A DNA stretch of 64,000 bases from a virus. Numbering within the stretch: position 1 is the stretch's first letter; each line of letters begins with the position of its first letter. Of the stretch, positions 29,790 to 39,161 are shown in pieces. The stretch is taken from IMG/VR virus record IMGVR_UViG_3300002835_000024. One strand, written 5' to 3'. The position numbers were made by a program, and so were the translations under genes. The notes beneath the pieces were generated by a model. That model was not told the DNA's origin and ran no database searches. It saw only the letters and a program-made list of their open reading frames with translations.

Positions 29790-30731
29790 ATGATTATGTC
29801 TAGAGATATTCTTTTTGTAGAAAAATATCGCCCACGTCGAGTGCAAGATTGCATTCTTCCAGAAAAACTTAAAAGTGTATTCCAAAAATTCGTTGATGAT
29901 AAACAAGTTCCCAATCTTATTTTGGCGGGATCTTCCGGTACAGGTAAAACCACAATCGCAAGAGCCATGCTTGAAGAAATTGGTTGCGACTATATTATCA
30001 TCAACGGATCGCTCAATGGTGGCATTGATACCCTGAGAACTGATATCACCAACTTTGCTTCTTCTGTTTCTCTGACAGGTGGAAGGAAGTATGTGATTCT
30101 TGATGAGGCCGATTATCTGACAAACTCAACTCAGCCTGCTCTTCGAAACTTCATGGAAGAGTTCTCTAAGAACTGTGGGTTTATTCTGACCTGCAACTAC
30201 AAAGATAAGATCATAGCTCCTCTTCATTCTCGCTGTTCTGTTGTTGACTTTAAAATCAGCAAAGAAGAGAAAGATGTTCTGGCAAAACAGTTCTATAAGC
30301 GCGTAGTAGATATTCTCAAGAAAGAAAATATCGAAGCTGAAAAGGGCGCTGTTGCTGGGGTTATCGTTAAGTTTTTCCCTGATTGGAGGCGAGTTCTTAA
30401 CGAGATTCAACTTTATTCTGCTACTGGTAAAATCGACTCTGGCATCCTGGCCAATCTACAGGATGTCAGTCTTTCTCAACTTGTTGGGTTTATCAAAAAC
30501 AAAAACTTCAGCGCAATGAGGAAGTGGGTTACCGAATCAGATATTGATGGAATTGCTTTGTTCCGTTCTTTCTATGATAAGGCTGATGACTATCTCACTA
30601 AAGAATCTATCCCCGCTCTTGTTCTTTTGATTGGCAAATATCAATACCAACATTCTTTCGTGGCGAATCCTGATATCAACGTTGCTGCGTTCTTTACCGA
30701 GGTTATGGTTGAGTGCTCTTTCAAGGAGTAG
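29790..30731 (+). CDS. gp44: Clamp loader large subunit gp44
   Basis: VEKYRP, GTGKTT, ILDEAD, SRC, FPDWRR. Confidence 0.95.
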   Translation: MIMSRDILFVEKYRPRRVQDCILPEKLKSVFQKFVDDKQVPNLILAGSSGTGKTTIARAMLEEIGCDYIIINGSLNGGIDTLRTDITNFASSVSLTGGRKYVILDEADYLTNSTQPALRNFMEEFSKNCGFILTCNYKDKIIAPLHSRCSVVDFKISKEEKDVLAKQFYKRVVDILKKENIEAEKGAVAGVIVKFFPDWRRVLNEIQLYSATGKIDSGILANLQDVSLSQLVGFIKNKNFSAMRKWVTESDIDGIALFRSFYDKADDYLTKESIPALVLLIGKYQYQHSFVANPDINVAAFFTEVMVECSFKE

Positions 30732-30737
30732 ATAAAT

Positions 30738-30923
30738 ATGGATGTCCTTGCTTCGTTAAGAAGATGTAATATTTGCAAAGACAGAAGACCCAAAGATTCA
30801 GCCAAAATTATTCTTGAGGCTGTTGATGGGAAAAAGACTCTTAGAGTTTGCTCGAAATGCGAGAAGATTCTAGAGTTATCAAACAGAGCAGCATACGGTG
30901 ATCATGATGAGCGCGAGAATTAG
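30738..30923 (+). CDS. Small CxxC...CxxC hypothetical protein
   Basis: GGAG RBS; CNIC and CSKC. Confidence 0.5.
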   Translation: MDVLASLRRCNICKDRRPKDSAKIILEAVDGKKTLRVCSKCEKILELSNRAAYGDHDEREN

Positions 30924-31296
30924 TCCTTGGGATTTTACCAATAGTATCAATCTAAATAAAAACGACTTGATGGAAGAAGATCCTTCCCTCGAGAAAGATT
31001 ATCTGCCATTTATAGTTAACGCAAGTTTATCATATTTTCCGGATACGATTGAGTATGCGAATATGATGAACATGAACCACCATCTAGACAACAAACTTCA
31101 ATATTCTTTTTACCTAAATAGTGTCAGACCCAAGAAACGTTTCAGTAAATGGGCTAAGAAAATTGACGACGAGAATCTTGATGCTGTGGTAAAGTATTTC
31201 GGGTATAATCGAACTAAAGCTAAAGAAGTTATCAAGCTACTGTCGCCAGAACAAATAGAAGAGATAAAAATAAAAAATGAAGGCGGTGGAGTTTAA
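30898..31296 (+). CDS. gp62: Clamp loader small subunit gp62 (true start probably 30904/30907)
   Basis: Y-PFIVN-LS, QY-FYLNS-RPKKRFSKW. Confidence 0.92.
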   Translation: MIMMSARISPWDFTNSINLNKNDLMEEDPSLEKDYLPFIVNASLSYFPDTIEYANMMNMNHHLDNKLQYSFYLNSVRPKKRFSKWAKKIDDENLDAVVKYFGYNRTKAKEVIKLLSPEQIEEIKIKNEGGGV

Positions 31297-31299
31297 TAA

Positions 31300-31689
31300 A
31301 TGCTGGACGATTTACTTGAAATAACCCTTAAGGAACCAGATGATTTTTTAAAAGTCAAAGAAACTCTGACCAGAATTGGCGTGGCTTCTCAAAAGCTCAA
31401 CACCCTTTATCAGTCTTGCCATATTCTTCATAAAAGGGGCAAATATTATATTGTTCATTTCAAAGAACTTTTTCGTATGGACGGAAAAAAGACTGACATA
31501 GACGAAACAGATATAAGAAGAAGAAATGCCATCGCCCTTCTCCTCGAAAGTTGGGAATTGTTAAAAATTGTTAATAAACAGAAAGCGGAAGCTTTTTGTG
31601 TTTCTTTGAATCAAATCAAGGTCTTACCTCACAAAGAAAAAGAAAACTGGAAACTTTCCGCTAAATACAACATAGGCAAAAAAAGGTAA
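31300..31689 (+). CDS. regA: Translational repressor RegA
   Basis: DDFLKVKETLTRIG, LYQSCHILHKRGKYYIVHFKE. Confidence 0.97.
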   Translation: MLDDLLEITLKEPDDFLKVKETLTRIGVASQKLNTLYQSCHILHKRGKYYIVHFKELFRMDGKKTDIDETDIRRRNAIALLLESWELLKIVNKQKAEAFCVSLNQIKVLPHKEKENWKLSAKYNIGKKR

Positions 31690-31698
31690 ATTTTTTGC

Positions 31699-31727
31699 TT
31701 GACAATCCTGTCTGGGTCAGGTATGAT
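31699..31727 (+). promoter_or_regulatory. Sigma70-like promoter TTGACA-N17-TATGAT
   Basis: Consensus upstream of a small ORF and tRNAs. Confidence 0.7.
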
Positions 31728-31757
31728 GTGTTAAACTGAACGTTGTGAGGCGATAAA

Positions 31758-31934
31758 ATGAACGTGAGAATCTTCAATTTTCCTTGTCTTCAAGATGGCG
31801 AAACACAAATCGAAAAGGTAGCCATTGAGTTGGAGCTACGCGAACGACGTGGTCAAAATCTAGAGCCAGAAGAAAGAGATTGGCTTGATTGGGCGAATAG
31901 TGTGACTATTCAGTCAACTCAAACTACATTTTGA
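31758..31934 (+). CDS. Hypothetical protein (58 aa; not in ORF track)
   Basis: GAGG RBS, open frame MNVRIFNF...TTF. Confidence 0.5.
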   Translation: MNVRIFNFPCLQDGETQIEKVAIELELRERRGQNLEPEERDWLDWANSVTIQSTQTTF

Positions 31935-31942
31935 TAACATTA

Positions 31943-32020
31943 GACCGCGTAGCTCAGCAGGATTAGAGCAACAGCCTTCTAAGCTGTGGGTCGAAGGTTC
32001 GATTCCTTCCGTGGTCGCCA
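31943..32020 (+). tRNA. tRNA-Arg(TCT)
   Basis: Cloverleaf, anticodon loop CTTCTAA, GTTCGATTC, encoded CCA. Confidence 0.93.
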
Positions 32021-32026
32021 AATTAT

Positions 32027-32102
32027 TCCGCGGTAGCTCAGTTGGTAGAGCAGTCGACTGTTAATCGACTGGTCGTTGGTTCGAGTCCAACCCGCGGAGC
32101 CA
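32027..32102 (+). tRNA. tRNA-Asn(GTT)
   Basis: Cloverleaf, loop CTGTTAA, GTTCGAGTC, CCA. Confidence 0.95.
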
Positions 32103-32142
32103 AAAAAGAATATACGTGAAATAAACAGGAACTGGAATAAAA

Positions 32143-32706
32143 ATGCCTGCTGTATTTCTTTACGCTGACCCGCACTTCGGACACGAAGGCGTATGTAAGT
32201 TTCTGCGTCACGACGGAACTAAGCTGCGTCCTTTTGACAACGCAGAGCAGATGGACGTTGAGCTTATCAAGCGTTACAACGCTGTGGTGAAGCCAAATGA
32301 CAAGGTGTATTTTCTTGGCGACGTAGCAATGCGTACCAAAGAAATGCATCGCGTACTTTTTCAACTTAACGGTGACAAGGTGCTTATAAAAGGCAACCAC
32401 GACATCTTTAAGATGGACGAGTACGCTAAGCACTTCCGTGACATACGTGGCTACCATGTTATGAACGGTTGTCTACTGTCCCATATACCCGTGCATACAG
32501 AGAGTTTAGCACGCTTTGGATGTAACATACATGGGCATCTGCACTACAGGGAAGTTATGCACAATCAGCAGGTTGATCCCCGCTACATGTGTGTTTCAGT
32601 AGAGCATACTGACTATGCCCCTATACTGTTTGAAGACGCCCTAAAGCGCATAAAAGCGCGTGGTGGGCACGTTGGGTTTAAAGATAAAGGCGAGGTTGCA
32701 CTATGA
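32143..32706 (+). CDS. Calcineurin-like metallophosphoesterase
   Basis: D-HFGH, LGD, GNHD, HGHLH. Confidence 0.88.
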   Translation: MPAVFLYADPHFGHEGVCKFLRHDGTKLRPFDNAEQMDVELIKRYNAVVKPNDKVYFLGDVAMRTKEMHRVLFQLNGDKVLIKGNHDIFKMDEYAKHFRDIRGYHVMNGCLLSHIPVHTESLARFGCNIHGHLHYREVMHNQQVDPRYMCVSVEHTDYAPILFEDALKRIKARGGHVGFKDKGEVAL

Positions 32707-32900
32707 AAGACATTTTTACAGAATCTAGTGCGTACGTTATTAAATCGCCTCCTAGCTCAGGATGGATATGCCATCTGTTTGGAGAACATTCGCCTTTCTT
32801 AACATGGGAGCCCGCTGAAGGTCGCGTACCAAATTGGTGGGTTCGTTTCTGGATGCGAGTATTTTTTGGATCAGTGTGGAAACGTAAAGGCGCGTTATGA
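32703..32900 (+). CDS. Hypothetical protein
   Basis: Coupled ORF with GAGG RBS. Confidence 0.55.
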   Translation: MKDIFTESSAYVIKSPPSSGWICHLFGEHSPFLTWEPAEGRVPNWWVRFWMRVFFGSVWKRKGAL

Positions 32901-33064
32901 AAAACGTAGAAATTGTTTTGTGGCTTGCTATTTTTGCTATTTTTGTAGCATGGTATAGTTCTATTACTGTTTTAGAAAGAACGTTCCAATCTCAAGCCAT
33001 AGAAAATGGGGCTGCTCAATATAATCCGCAAACAGGCGAGTTTGAGTGGAAGGTAAACAAATGA
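32897..33064 (+). CDS. Small membrane protein (55 aa; not in ORF track)
   Basis: ATGA overlaps on both sides; N-terminal TM; AIENGAAQYNPQTGEFEW. Confidence 0.55.
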   Translation: MKNVEIVLWLAIFAIFVAWYSSITVLERTFQSQAIENGAAQYNPQTGEFEWKVNK

Positions 33065-33765
33065 AAGTACGTATTGGAAAACACCCAAGCTGGTTTGGCC
33101 CATATCAGTTAGCAGAAAAACTCTGCTTCTGGGCCAAACCAGTAACAAACGAATATGGGTTCAAAGATCCTCCAGATTGGGTGCATAACTTTGGTACCTG
33201 GTTGGCGCATGGGAAAACTCTACCCACTCCAAAAAAGCTGGGAGAAGATCATCCCAGAACTTTGCTGTATAAGTTTCTTGCTTGGGTTTACCGCAAAAGA
33301 CAGCAAAAAGTGTATGTTCGTATTGACCGCTGGGATACTTGGGGTATGGATCATACTCTAGCACACATAGTTCTTCCTATGTTGGTGCAACTTAAGGCAA
33401 CTAAACAGGGGGCGCCTTATGTCGATAACGAAGATGTTCCGGAAGAACTTCGTAGTACTAATGCTACAAATGAGGGAGAAGTTGACAATCTTCATTTCAA
33501 GCGCTGGGATTGGGTTCTTAATGAAATGATTTTTGCATTTCATAATAAACTTGACGATAACTGGGAAGCCAAGTTTGAAACCGGTATCCATGACTGGAGT
33601 TTTGAGCCAACCATCGGTGAAAACGGGAAGCCAAAATATTACGAGATGGTACACGGTCCTAACCATACTTATAAAGTGGATCAAGAAGCGCGTAATGCAT
33701 ACCAAAAACGTATCTCCAATGGATTTCTTCTTTTTGGAAAATATTACGAGTGTTTGTGGAATTAA
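33061..33765 (+). CDS. Hypothetical phage protein
   Basis: Long ORF; WDTW-MDHTLA, RWDWVLNEMIFAF. Confidence 0.7.
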   Translation: MKVRIGKHPSWFGPYQLAEKLCFWAKPVTNEYGFKDPPDWVHNFGTWLAHGKTLPTPKKLGEDHPRTLLYKFLAWVYRKRQQKVYVRIDRWDTWGMDHTLAHIVLPMLVQLKATKQGAPYVDNEDVPEELRSTNATNEGEVDNLHFKRWDWVLNEMIFAFHNKLDDNWEAKFETGIHDWSFEPTIGENGKPKYYEMVHGPNHTYKVDQEARNAYQKRISNGFLLFGKYYECLWN

Positions 33766-33771
33766 AAACGC

Positions 33772-33800
33772 TTGACTATTTGATTCCAATGCAGTATACT
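33772..33800 (+). promoter_or_regulatory. Sigma70-like promoter TTGACT-N17-TATACT
   Basis: Consensus; resembles the promoter at 28132. Confidence 0.65.
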
Positions 33801-33875
33801 GTCATAGTGGATTTTAATGGAGACTGTGATGTATAAGCCAATGCCAGAAGATACCAACTGATTCGGAACTTCAAT

Positions 33876-34190
33876 ATGATTGATATGGAAAATGATATCA
33901 AAGACTCTTTTATCTACAGAAAGGTAAGGGCTAGTAAAAATTATGCACAAAGTCTCTATGCGGCTATGTGTAATAATGTTTTTGTAAAAGAAGGCGTAGA
34001 GTGGAGTTGTAGCTGGAGGTCCTCTGGTGCTGTTGTTTCTTCTATGCGTACAAATGAAGATTATATAGATTATTACTGTTCTGGTATGGGAGTTTTTGAG
34101 GAAAGACCCGCTACCAAGGAAGGCGAGGTAACTGACGAGATCAGAGAAGATCTAGCAAGAATTGGGTGGAGTGTTAAAGATGGTGATTGA
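33876..34190 (+). CDS. Hypothetical phage protein
   Basis: YAAMCNN, WSCSWR, YCSG. Confidence 0.65.
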   Translation: MIDMENDIKDSFIYRKVRASKNYAQSLYAAMCNNVFVKEGVEWSCSWRSSGAVVSSMRTNEDYIDYYCSGMGVFEERPATKEGEVTDEIREDLARIGWSVKDGD

Positions 34191-34395
34191 AAACGTTTTT
34201 CCAAAACTGTATTGGGGTATTAAAGTTCCCATGGACGGTAGGGACGGTAGCTATTTGTGGGTTGTCAATGGATATCCGGATATAGAAATACTGAAATATG
34301 AATCCCAACAAGAAGCAGAAAAAGCTGCTAATGATATGGGATGGAAAATGTTTAAAATCGAGCCAATACAAGAAGGCATAAATTATGAGCCCTGA
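34162..34395 (+). CDS. Hypothetical protein (start probably ~34180)
   Basis: ORF in a coupled operon. Confidence 0.5.
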   Translation: MGGVLKMVIENVFPKLYWGIKVPMDGRDGSYLWVVNGYPDIEILKYESQQEAEKAANDMGWKMFKIEPIQEGINYEP

Positions 34396-34882
34396 ACTAG
34401 ACAAACAACTTTGTGAAAAATATCCGCTTATATTTGCGGACCGTCACGCAGATATGACCCAAACAGCAATGTGTTGGGGATTTGACTGTGGCGACGGCTG
34501 GTACAACATTATCGATATAATGTGTTTTGCTATTCAAAGTCACATTAATTACTCTGTAAAAGCAAGAGAGTATGACATTAAATTTAACAAAGATCTTGAA
34601 CAGGCTATTGCTTCAAACTTTCAAGACTGGCCAGCCTATTATAACAGAGAACCCAGAAAACTAACTGAAGTTATTCCTCAAGTAGTGGCAACACAAGTTA
34701 AAGAAAAGTTTGGTGGTCTTCGTTTTTATTACACAGGCGGGGACGATCACATTACGGGTATAGTTACCATGGCTGAACTTATGAGTGAGCGGACATGTGA
34801 GGAGTGTGGAGATCCTGGTCAACTGTATACTAATGGCTGGCATAAAACTCTATGCGTAAAACATGCTAAGGAAGCGGGCTGA
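34385..34882 (+). CDS. Hypothetical phage protein with CxxC
   Basis: GDGW, QVKEKFGGLRFY, TCEECG. Confidence 0.7.
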   Translation: MSPELDKQLCEKYPLIFADRHADMTQTAMCWGFDCGDGWYNIIDIMCFAIQSHINYSVKAREYDIKFNKDLEQAIASNFQDWPAYYNREPRKLTEVIPQVVATQVKEKFGGLRFYYTGGDDHITGIVTMAELMSERTCEECGDPGQLYTNGWHKTLCVKHAKEAG

Positions 34883-34909
34883 CCCGCTAGGCTACTGAGA
34901 GAAAAATAG

Positions 34910-35086
34910 ATGCAAGAGTCCGAACCCAAACATTCTGTAGAAAACATGACTGAGATACAACTGGAATTATCAGAAGAAGATTATGAGTATATAAAAACTG
35001 CTTCCGCTTTGAGAGGAATTTCTATTGACGAGTTTATACAACAGGCGTTGCAAAAAGTTATTGATAAATATGAGGGGAAGACCTAA
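34910..35086 (+). CDS. Small ribbon-helix-helix-like protein (58 aa; not in ORF track)
   Basis: IQLELSEEDYEYIKTASALRGISIDEFIQQAL pattern. Confidence 0.4.
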   Translation: MQESEPKHSVENMTEIQLELSEEDYEYIKTASALRGISIDEFIQQALQKVIDKYEGKT

Positions 35087-35088
35087 TT

Positions 35089-35292
35089 ATGAGAGATAAA
35101 ATCGTATATTCTTTGAAGAAATATTTCGAAGCAGAAATCGACAAACGTATAGTAAATATCGAAATCATGCTCGCGAACCCTATGGCAATTCACGAACATA
35201 CTGATTATACTGCTGCCATGGAACTTGAATTAGCAAAAATTAGTGAATATCAAGACAAGTTAGAAGTCCTAGAAAAATATTTTATCAATTGA
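35089..35292 (+). CDS. Hypothetical protein
   Basis: RBS and open frame. Confidence 0.6.
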   Translation: MRDKIVYSLKKYFEAEIDKRIVNIEIMLANPMAIHEHTDYTAAMELELAKISEYQDKLEVLEKYFIN

Positions 35293-35299
35293 TCAATAC

Positions 35300-35376
35300 G
35301 CCCACTTAGCTCAGTCGGTAGCAGCGTCTGCCTTGTAAGCAGAAGGTCATCCGTTCGATTCGGATAGTGGGCACCA
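35300..35376 (+). tRNA. tRNA-Thr(TGT)
   Basis: Cloverleaf, loop CTTGTAA, GTTCGATTC, CCA. Confidence 0.9.
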
Positions 35377-35379
35377 TAA

Positions 35380-35721
35380 ATGCGAAAGAAAGAAATGCTT
35401 AAACAAATATTGTTCTCCTTGCTAATGGCCACTCCTGCAATAGCACAACCAGTAGCATCAGATGGTTATGTTTTTAAAGGCAGCCCGCCTGCCGTAAGAA
35501 AAGACTTTCGAGTTATTATAGAAGAATATAATACTCGTAATGAACTTGTAAAAGGTATACAAAAATATGGCGTCGCTCATGGTGATGTTCATGCTTTTGC
35601 TGTAATTGATCCAAACAAAAATACCTGCACAATACATATAATTAGACCAGCAAAACGTTATATGCCAGAACATATGGGTCACGAACTGACTCATTGCATT
35701 TATGGAGGGTGGCACAAATGA
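35380..35721 (+). CDS. Secreted protein with HExxH motif
   Basis: Signal peptide (PAIA-Q), GHELTHC. Confidence 0.55.
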   Translation: MRKKEMLKQILFSLLMATPAIAQPVASDGYVFKGSPPAVRKDFRVIIEEYNTRNELVKGIQKYGVAHGDVHAFAVIDPNKNTCTIHIIRPAKRYMPEHMGHELTHCIYGGWHK

Positions 35722-35957
35722 GCGACAACATTAAAGAACGCATTTCTACTTTTTTCCAACTTTCTGGGCTTTTGCTTTTCTTTGGTCTGTTCATTTATTC
35801 TTTTGTTGTAAGAGATTTTACATATTTCGGGATCCTTCTTCTTGGCATATTGATTGTTGTTTTCTTGTCTCTTTTTCTCGTTGTAACTGCATCAATTTTG
35901 TATTATATGTACAAAGCTTCAATTTTTGTCATCACAGGCAAAGAATTTGATTTATAA
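35718..35957 (+). CDS. Two-TM membrane protein
   Basis: Hydrophobic ORF with ATGA overlap. Confidence 0.5.
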   Translation: MSDNIKERISTFFQLSGLLLFFGLFIYSFVVRDFTYFGILLLGILIVVFLSLFLVVTASILYYMYKASIFVITGKEFDL

Positions 35958-35964
35958 ATAGGGT

Positions 35965-36225
35965 GTGGCCGTTTTATGGGGATCCCCTATGACTTTATTA
36001 GAAAAAGTGAAACATATTCTAGACAAAAAGACTCTTTCTCCTGAAAGTATAGCAACAAAACATAAAGTTCCTCTAGATACTGTTTTTAGACAATTAGAAA
36101 TAGGTATTGATGTTGAGAAAGAGCACACCACTGATAAAAAAGTTGCACGAGAAATTGCTTTAGATCATTTGGGGGAAGATCCAAAATATTATACAAAACT
36201 GGTTAAAATTGAAACCACAAAATAA
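35965..36225 (+). CDS. DUF5661-like protein (start probably 35989), late promoter 35953-35960
   Basis: G-VEKEHT, A-EIALDHL-EDP-YY-KL. Confidence 0.7.
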   Translation: MAVLWGSPMTLLEKVKHILDKKTLSPESIATKHKVPLDTVFRQLEIGIDVEKEHTTDKKVAREIALDHLGEDPKYYTKLVKIETTK

Positions 36226-36277
36226 GACAAAGTTTAATATTATAAATAGAGGCATAGTAAATGTGGAAACGTATTAA

Positions 36278-37360
36278 ATGTCTCTGATGGAAGCTATAAT
36301 TGACGTTCTCAACGCAAAAACTCCCCCATCGGCGGAGCAAAAAGCCAAACTTGATGAAAACGAAAGTCCGTTTGGTCCCTCCAAGCTTGCGATTAAATCT
36401 ATTATAGATAATATACCAAAAGTTTCAAGATATACTGATGAAATAGAAAAAACATTTCAAGAAGAAATATCGAAAAAAGATAAAATTCCTTCAAAACTGA
36501 TAACTGTTTCTAATGGATCTGATCCATTATTAAGAGTTTTTGGACAGATGATCGCCAAAGACGGGCAAGGACAGCTTATTGTTCCAAATACTACCTACGA
36601 ATCAGTAGTCACAGAATCTAAAAAATATGGAGCTTTGATAACTGGCGTTGATATGAACAAAGATTTGTCTATAAATTTAACAGCCATAGAAAACAAAATA
36701 AATAAACAAACCACTGGAATATATATTTGTAATCCCAACAACCCAACAGGTAATAAAGTTAACATAGCACAATTGAGAGATTTTATAGCACGAGTATCAA
36801 AATATACTCCATGTTTAATCGACGAAGCCTATATACATATGGTAGATAACTGGGAGAAAAACACCGTAATAGATATGGTCGAGAAATTCGATAATGTTAT
36901 GGTAACTCGAACGTTTTCCAAAATTTATGGACTGGCTGGACAAAGAATTGGTTATGCTGCAGCTAGTCCCAATTTAATGTATAAATTGAATAAAATTCTT
37001 CCCGGACCAGGTTTTACCAACTCTTTGGGGTTGTATGCGGCTTTAGCGAGCATGGAAGATCAGAAATTTTTACCTGACGCAAAGAACAAATTTAAAAAAG
37101 CCAGAAATTCAATTTATGATATAGTTAAAAATTTGGGTTTAGAAATGGCGGCTGATCCCCAGGCATGTTTTGTTTATTTCAATACCAAAATGAATGCAGA
37201 AAATTTTCAAAAACAAATGGCTAAATTCGGCGTTCTTGTTGTTGGAAGAGTTTGGGCTAAATATCCAACTTGGTCTCGCGTGTCAGTGGGATTAGACTGG
37301 GAGATAGACAAATTTAAAAACTCTATCGAGAAAGTAATTAAAGCGGAGAAACAAAAATAA
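36278..37360 (+). CDS. hisC: Histidinol-phosphate aminotransferase-like PLP enzyme, late promoter 36241-36248
   Basis: NESPFGPS, NGSD, CNPNNPTG, DEAY, RTFSKIYGLAG-RIGY. Confidence 0.85.
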   Translation: MSLMEAIIDVLNAKTPPSAEQKAKLDENESPFGPSKLAIKSIIDNIPKVSRYTDEIEKTFQEEISKKDKIPSKLITVSNGSDPLLRVFGQMIAKDGQGQLIVPNTTYESVVTESKKYGALITGVDMNKDLSINLTAIENKINKQTTGIYICNPNNPTGNKVNIAQLRDFIARVSKYTPCLIDEAYIHMVDNWEKNTVIDMVEKFDNVMVTRTFSKIYGLAGQRIGYAAASPNLMYKLNKILPGPGFTNSLGLYAALASMEDQKFLPDAKNKFKKARNSIYDIVKNLGLEMAADPQACFVYFNTKMNAENFQKQMAKFGVLVVGRVWAKYPTWSRVSVGLDWEIDKFKNSIEKVIKAEKQK

Positions 37361-38067
37361 TGGCAAATACCAATCTCCACTATACCCGAATGCTCCAACA
37401 GATCAACGAAGTTTTTGATGAACTTGGTTGGAATGGAACAGATATTACAGTTACAGCAAACTCTTTAATTCTTTCTTCTAATACTGCAAAGGGAATGAAG
37501 GTTGATGTGTTTCAACCCTCTTATCCTTTCTTTGATCTTTTGGGGGAAATTCGTGTTGATGAAGCTGGTGGGGCAACAAAACCAGATTTTAACATCTACA
37601 AGGGCAACATTAAACAATATCAGTTTGCTGTAGACGATCATGTTTTTGGTGTTTATCATCTGCCGCATGACTATGTACCAAACTCCAATATCTTTATTCA
37701 TGTGCATTGGTCAACAAACGCCGCTTCATCAGCTGGATCTCCAACCTTTGAAATAGAAGCTTCTTACTCTAAGGGGTTTGGTCAAATGCAGTTTTCTAAC
37801 AACGTAACTGTTACTGTGTCAAATGCATATATCAATTCTTATACTCATATGGTTTCTGAAACACAACTTTCTTCTCCTAATGGAGTTTCACTCGGATCAG
37901 GCCAACTTCTGGTAACTCAAGATCTTGAGACAGATGGTATAATTATAATTAGAGCTAAACTTTTGACAAACACCATGAGTGTTTTGCCGTTCGTACACCA
38001 TATGGATATACATTATCAGTCTACTAATATTGGAACGAAAAACAGAAACCCAGCTTTCTACACATAA
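37360..38067 (+). CDS. Hypothetical beta-rich protein, possibly virion-associated
   Basis: Coupled to the hisC-like gene in a late unit; LPHDY, HVHWS. Confidence 0.55.
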   Translation: MANTNLHYTRMLQQINEVFDELGWNGTDITVTANSLILSSNTAKGMKVDVFQPSYPFFDLLGEIRVDEAGGATKPDFNIYKGNIKQYQFAVDDHVFGVYHLPHDYVPNSNIFIHVHWSTNAASSAGSPTFEIEASYSKGFGQMQFSNNVTVTVSNAYINSYTHMVSETQLSSPNGVSLGSGQLLVTQDLETDGIIIIRAKLLTNTMSVLPFVHHMDIHYQSTNIGTKNRNPAFYT

Positions 38068-38106
38068 TCGTTTTATAAATATACAGGTATAAGATAGGAG
38101 CAAAAT

Positions 38107-38472
38107 ATGTCATTCGACCTTTTAACTTTTCTAGAACCACTTTTCAATCTTCTTATGGCTGCAGCTTCAGCTGCTGTTCTCGCACTAGTTCCCCCACTTG
38201 TGAAAATGTTTCTACAAAAAATTAAACTTGATGGACTTGTTTCAGATGACATCGTCAGAGGCTACCTAGAAAAAGCCCTCGCAAACGGTATTCTTCTAGC
38301 CAAAACTAAAATTGCCGAGCAGAAAATCACTGTTGACGTTGACAATCAAATTGTTTCAACTGTTCTCGTTTATCTTCGTCAAAACGTCCCAGACGCCCTC
38401 AACCATTTCGGTTTGACGGAAGCAAAAGTAGCAGAGCTTGTTAAAGCTCGACTCTCTGCTGCTTATCTCTAA
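38107..38472 (+). CDS. Holin-like membrane protein, late promoter 38074-38081
   Basis: N-terminal TM; Y-VPDAL-FGL pattern; next to a cell-wall hydrolase. Confidence 0.5.
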   Translation: MSFDLLTFLEPLFNLLMAAASAAVLALVPPLVKMFLQKIKLDGLVSDDIVRGYLEKALANGILLAKTKIAEQKITVDVDNQIVSTVLVYLRQNVPDALNHFGLTEAKVAELVKARLSAAYL

Positions 38473-38495
38473 TAGTAAATAAAATGAAATAAAAC

Positions 38496-38519
38496 AGCGG
38501 CAGCTTAGGCTGCCGCTTT
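38496..38519 (+). terminator. Hairpin AGCGGCAGC-TTAG-GCTGCCGCT followed by a short T run
   Basis: 9-bp stem. Confidence 0.7.
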
Positions 38520-38559
38520 CATTTCCTCATAAATTATTGAAATTATTTGTATTTTTAGC

Positions 38560-38588
38560 TTTACTTTCTAAGAAAAGCGAGGTACAAT
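38560..38588 (+). promoter_or_regulatory. Sigma70-like promoter TTTACT-N17-TACAAT
   Basis: Consensus-like, upstream of the hydrolase. Confidence 0.5.
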
Positions 38589-38616
38589 CATATTAGCTAT
38601 AAAAAGGAAAAAGAAC

Positions 38617-39132
38617 ATGTTCAAAGTTCTTGTTATAATTTTAGGTGGAATATTCACCGTAGATCAACTAACTTTTGAAAAATATTCAGAACCTAATCCA
38701 GTTTTGGAAACTGTTATTTATACCTCTCAAAAAACTCTTGAAGAAGAAATACGAGAGGAAGAAATCGATTGTTTGACCAGAAACATTTATTTCGAGGCCA
38801 GAAATCAATCAACAGAGGGACAATATGCCGTGGCAGAAGTTGTTCTGAATAGAGCAGAGAATCCAGATTTTCCAGAAAATATTTGCGAGATTGTTCAACA
38901 AAAAAACGAAAGGGGATGTCAATTCTCTTGGTACTGTGATGGGAAATCGGACAAAATGAGAGACAAAAGAGCGATCATAAAGGCTAAACAGATCGCCATC
39001 AAATCCTTAGAACAAAAAACCAATTATACAAATGGAGCTCTTTTTTATCATGCAAATTATGTAACGCCAGATTGGCAAAATCTAAGAAAGACTGCGGAAA
39101 TTGAAGATCATATTTTCTACTCTTCAATTTAA
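38617..39132 (+). CDS. SleB-like cell wall hydrolase (Hydrolase_2)
   Basis: CL-NIYFEAR, AVAEVVLNR, CQFSW-CDG, FYHA-YV-P-W, HIFY. Confidence 0.9.
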   Translation: MFKVLVIILGGIFTVDQLTFEKYSEPNPVLETVIYTSQKTLEEEIREEEIDCLTRNIYFEARNQSTEGQYAVAEVVLNRAENPDFPENICEIVQQKNERGCQFSWYCDGKSDKMRDKRAIIKAKQIAIKSLEQKTNYTNGALFYHANYVTPDWQNLRKTAEIEDHIFYSSI

Positions 39133-39161
39133 CTAAGTATGTTATGGCGTAGGAGAATTGG

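Noticed and set aside
32038-32457. Minus-strand ORF overlapping tRNA-Asn
   Set aside because: Shadow of the tRNA and the phosphoesterase gene
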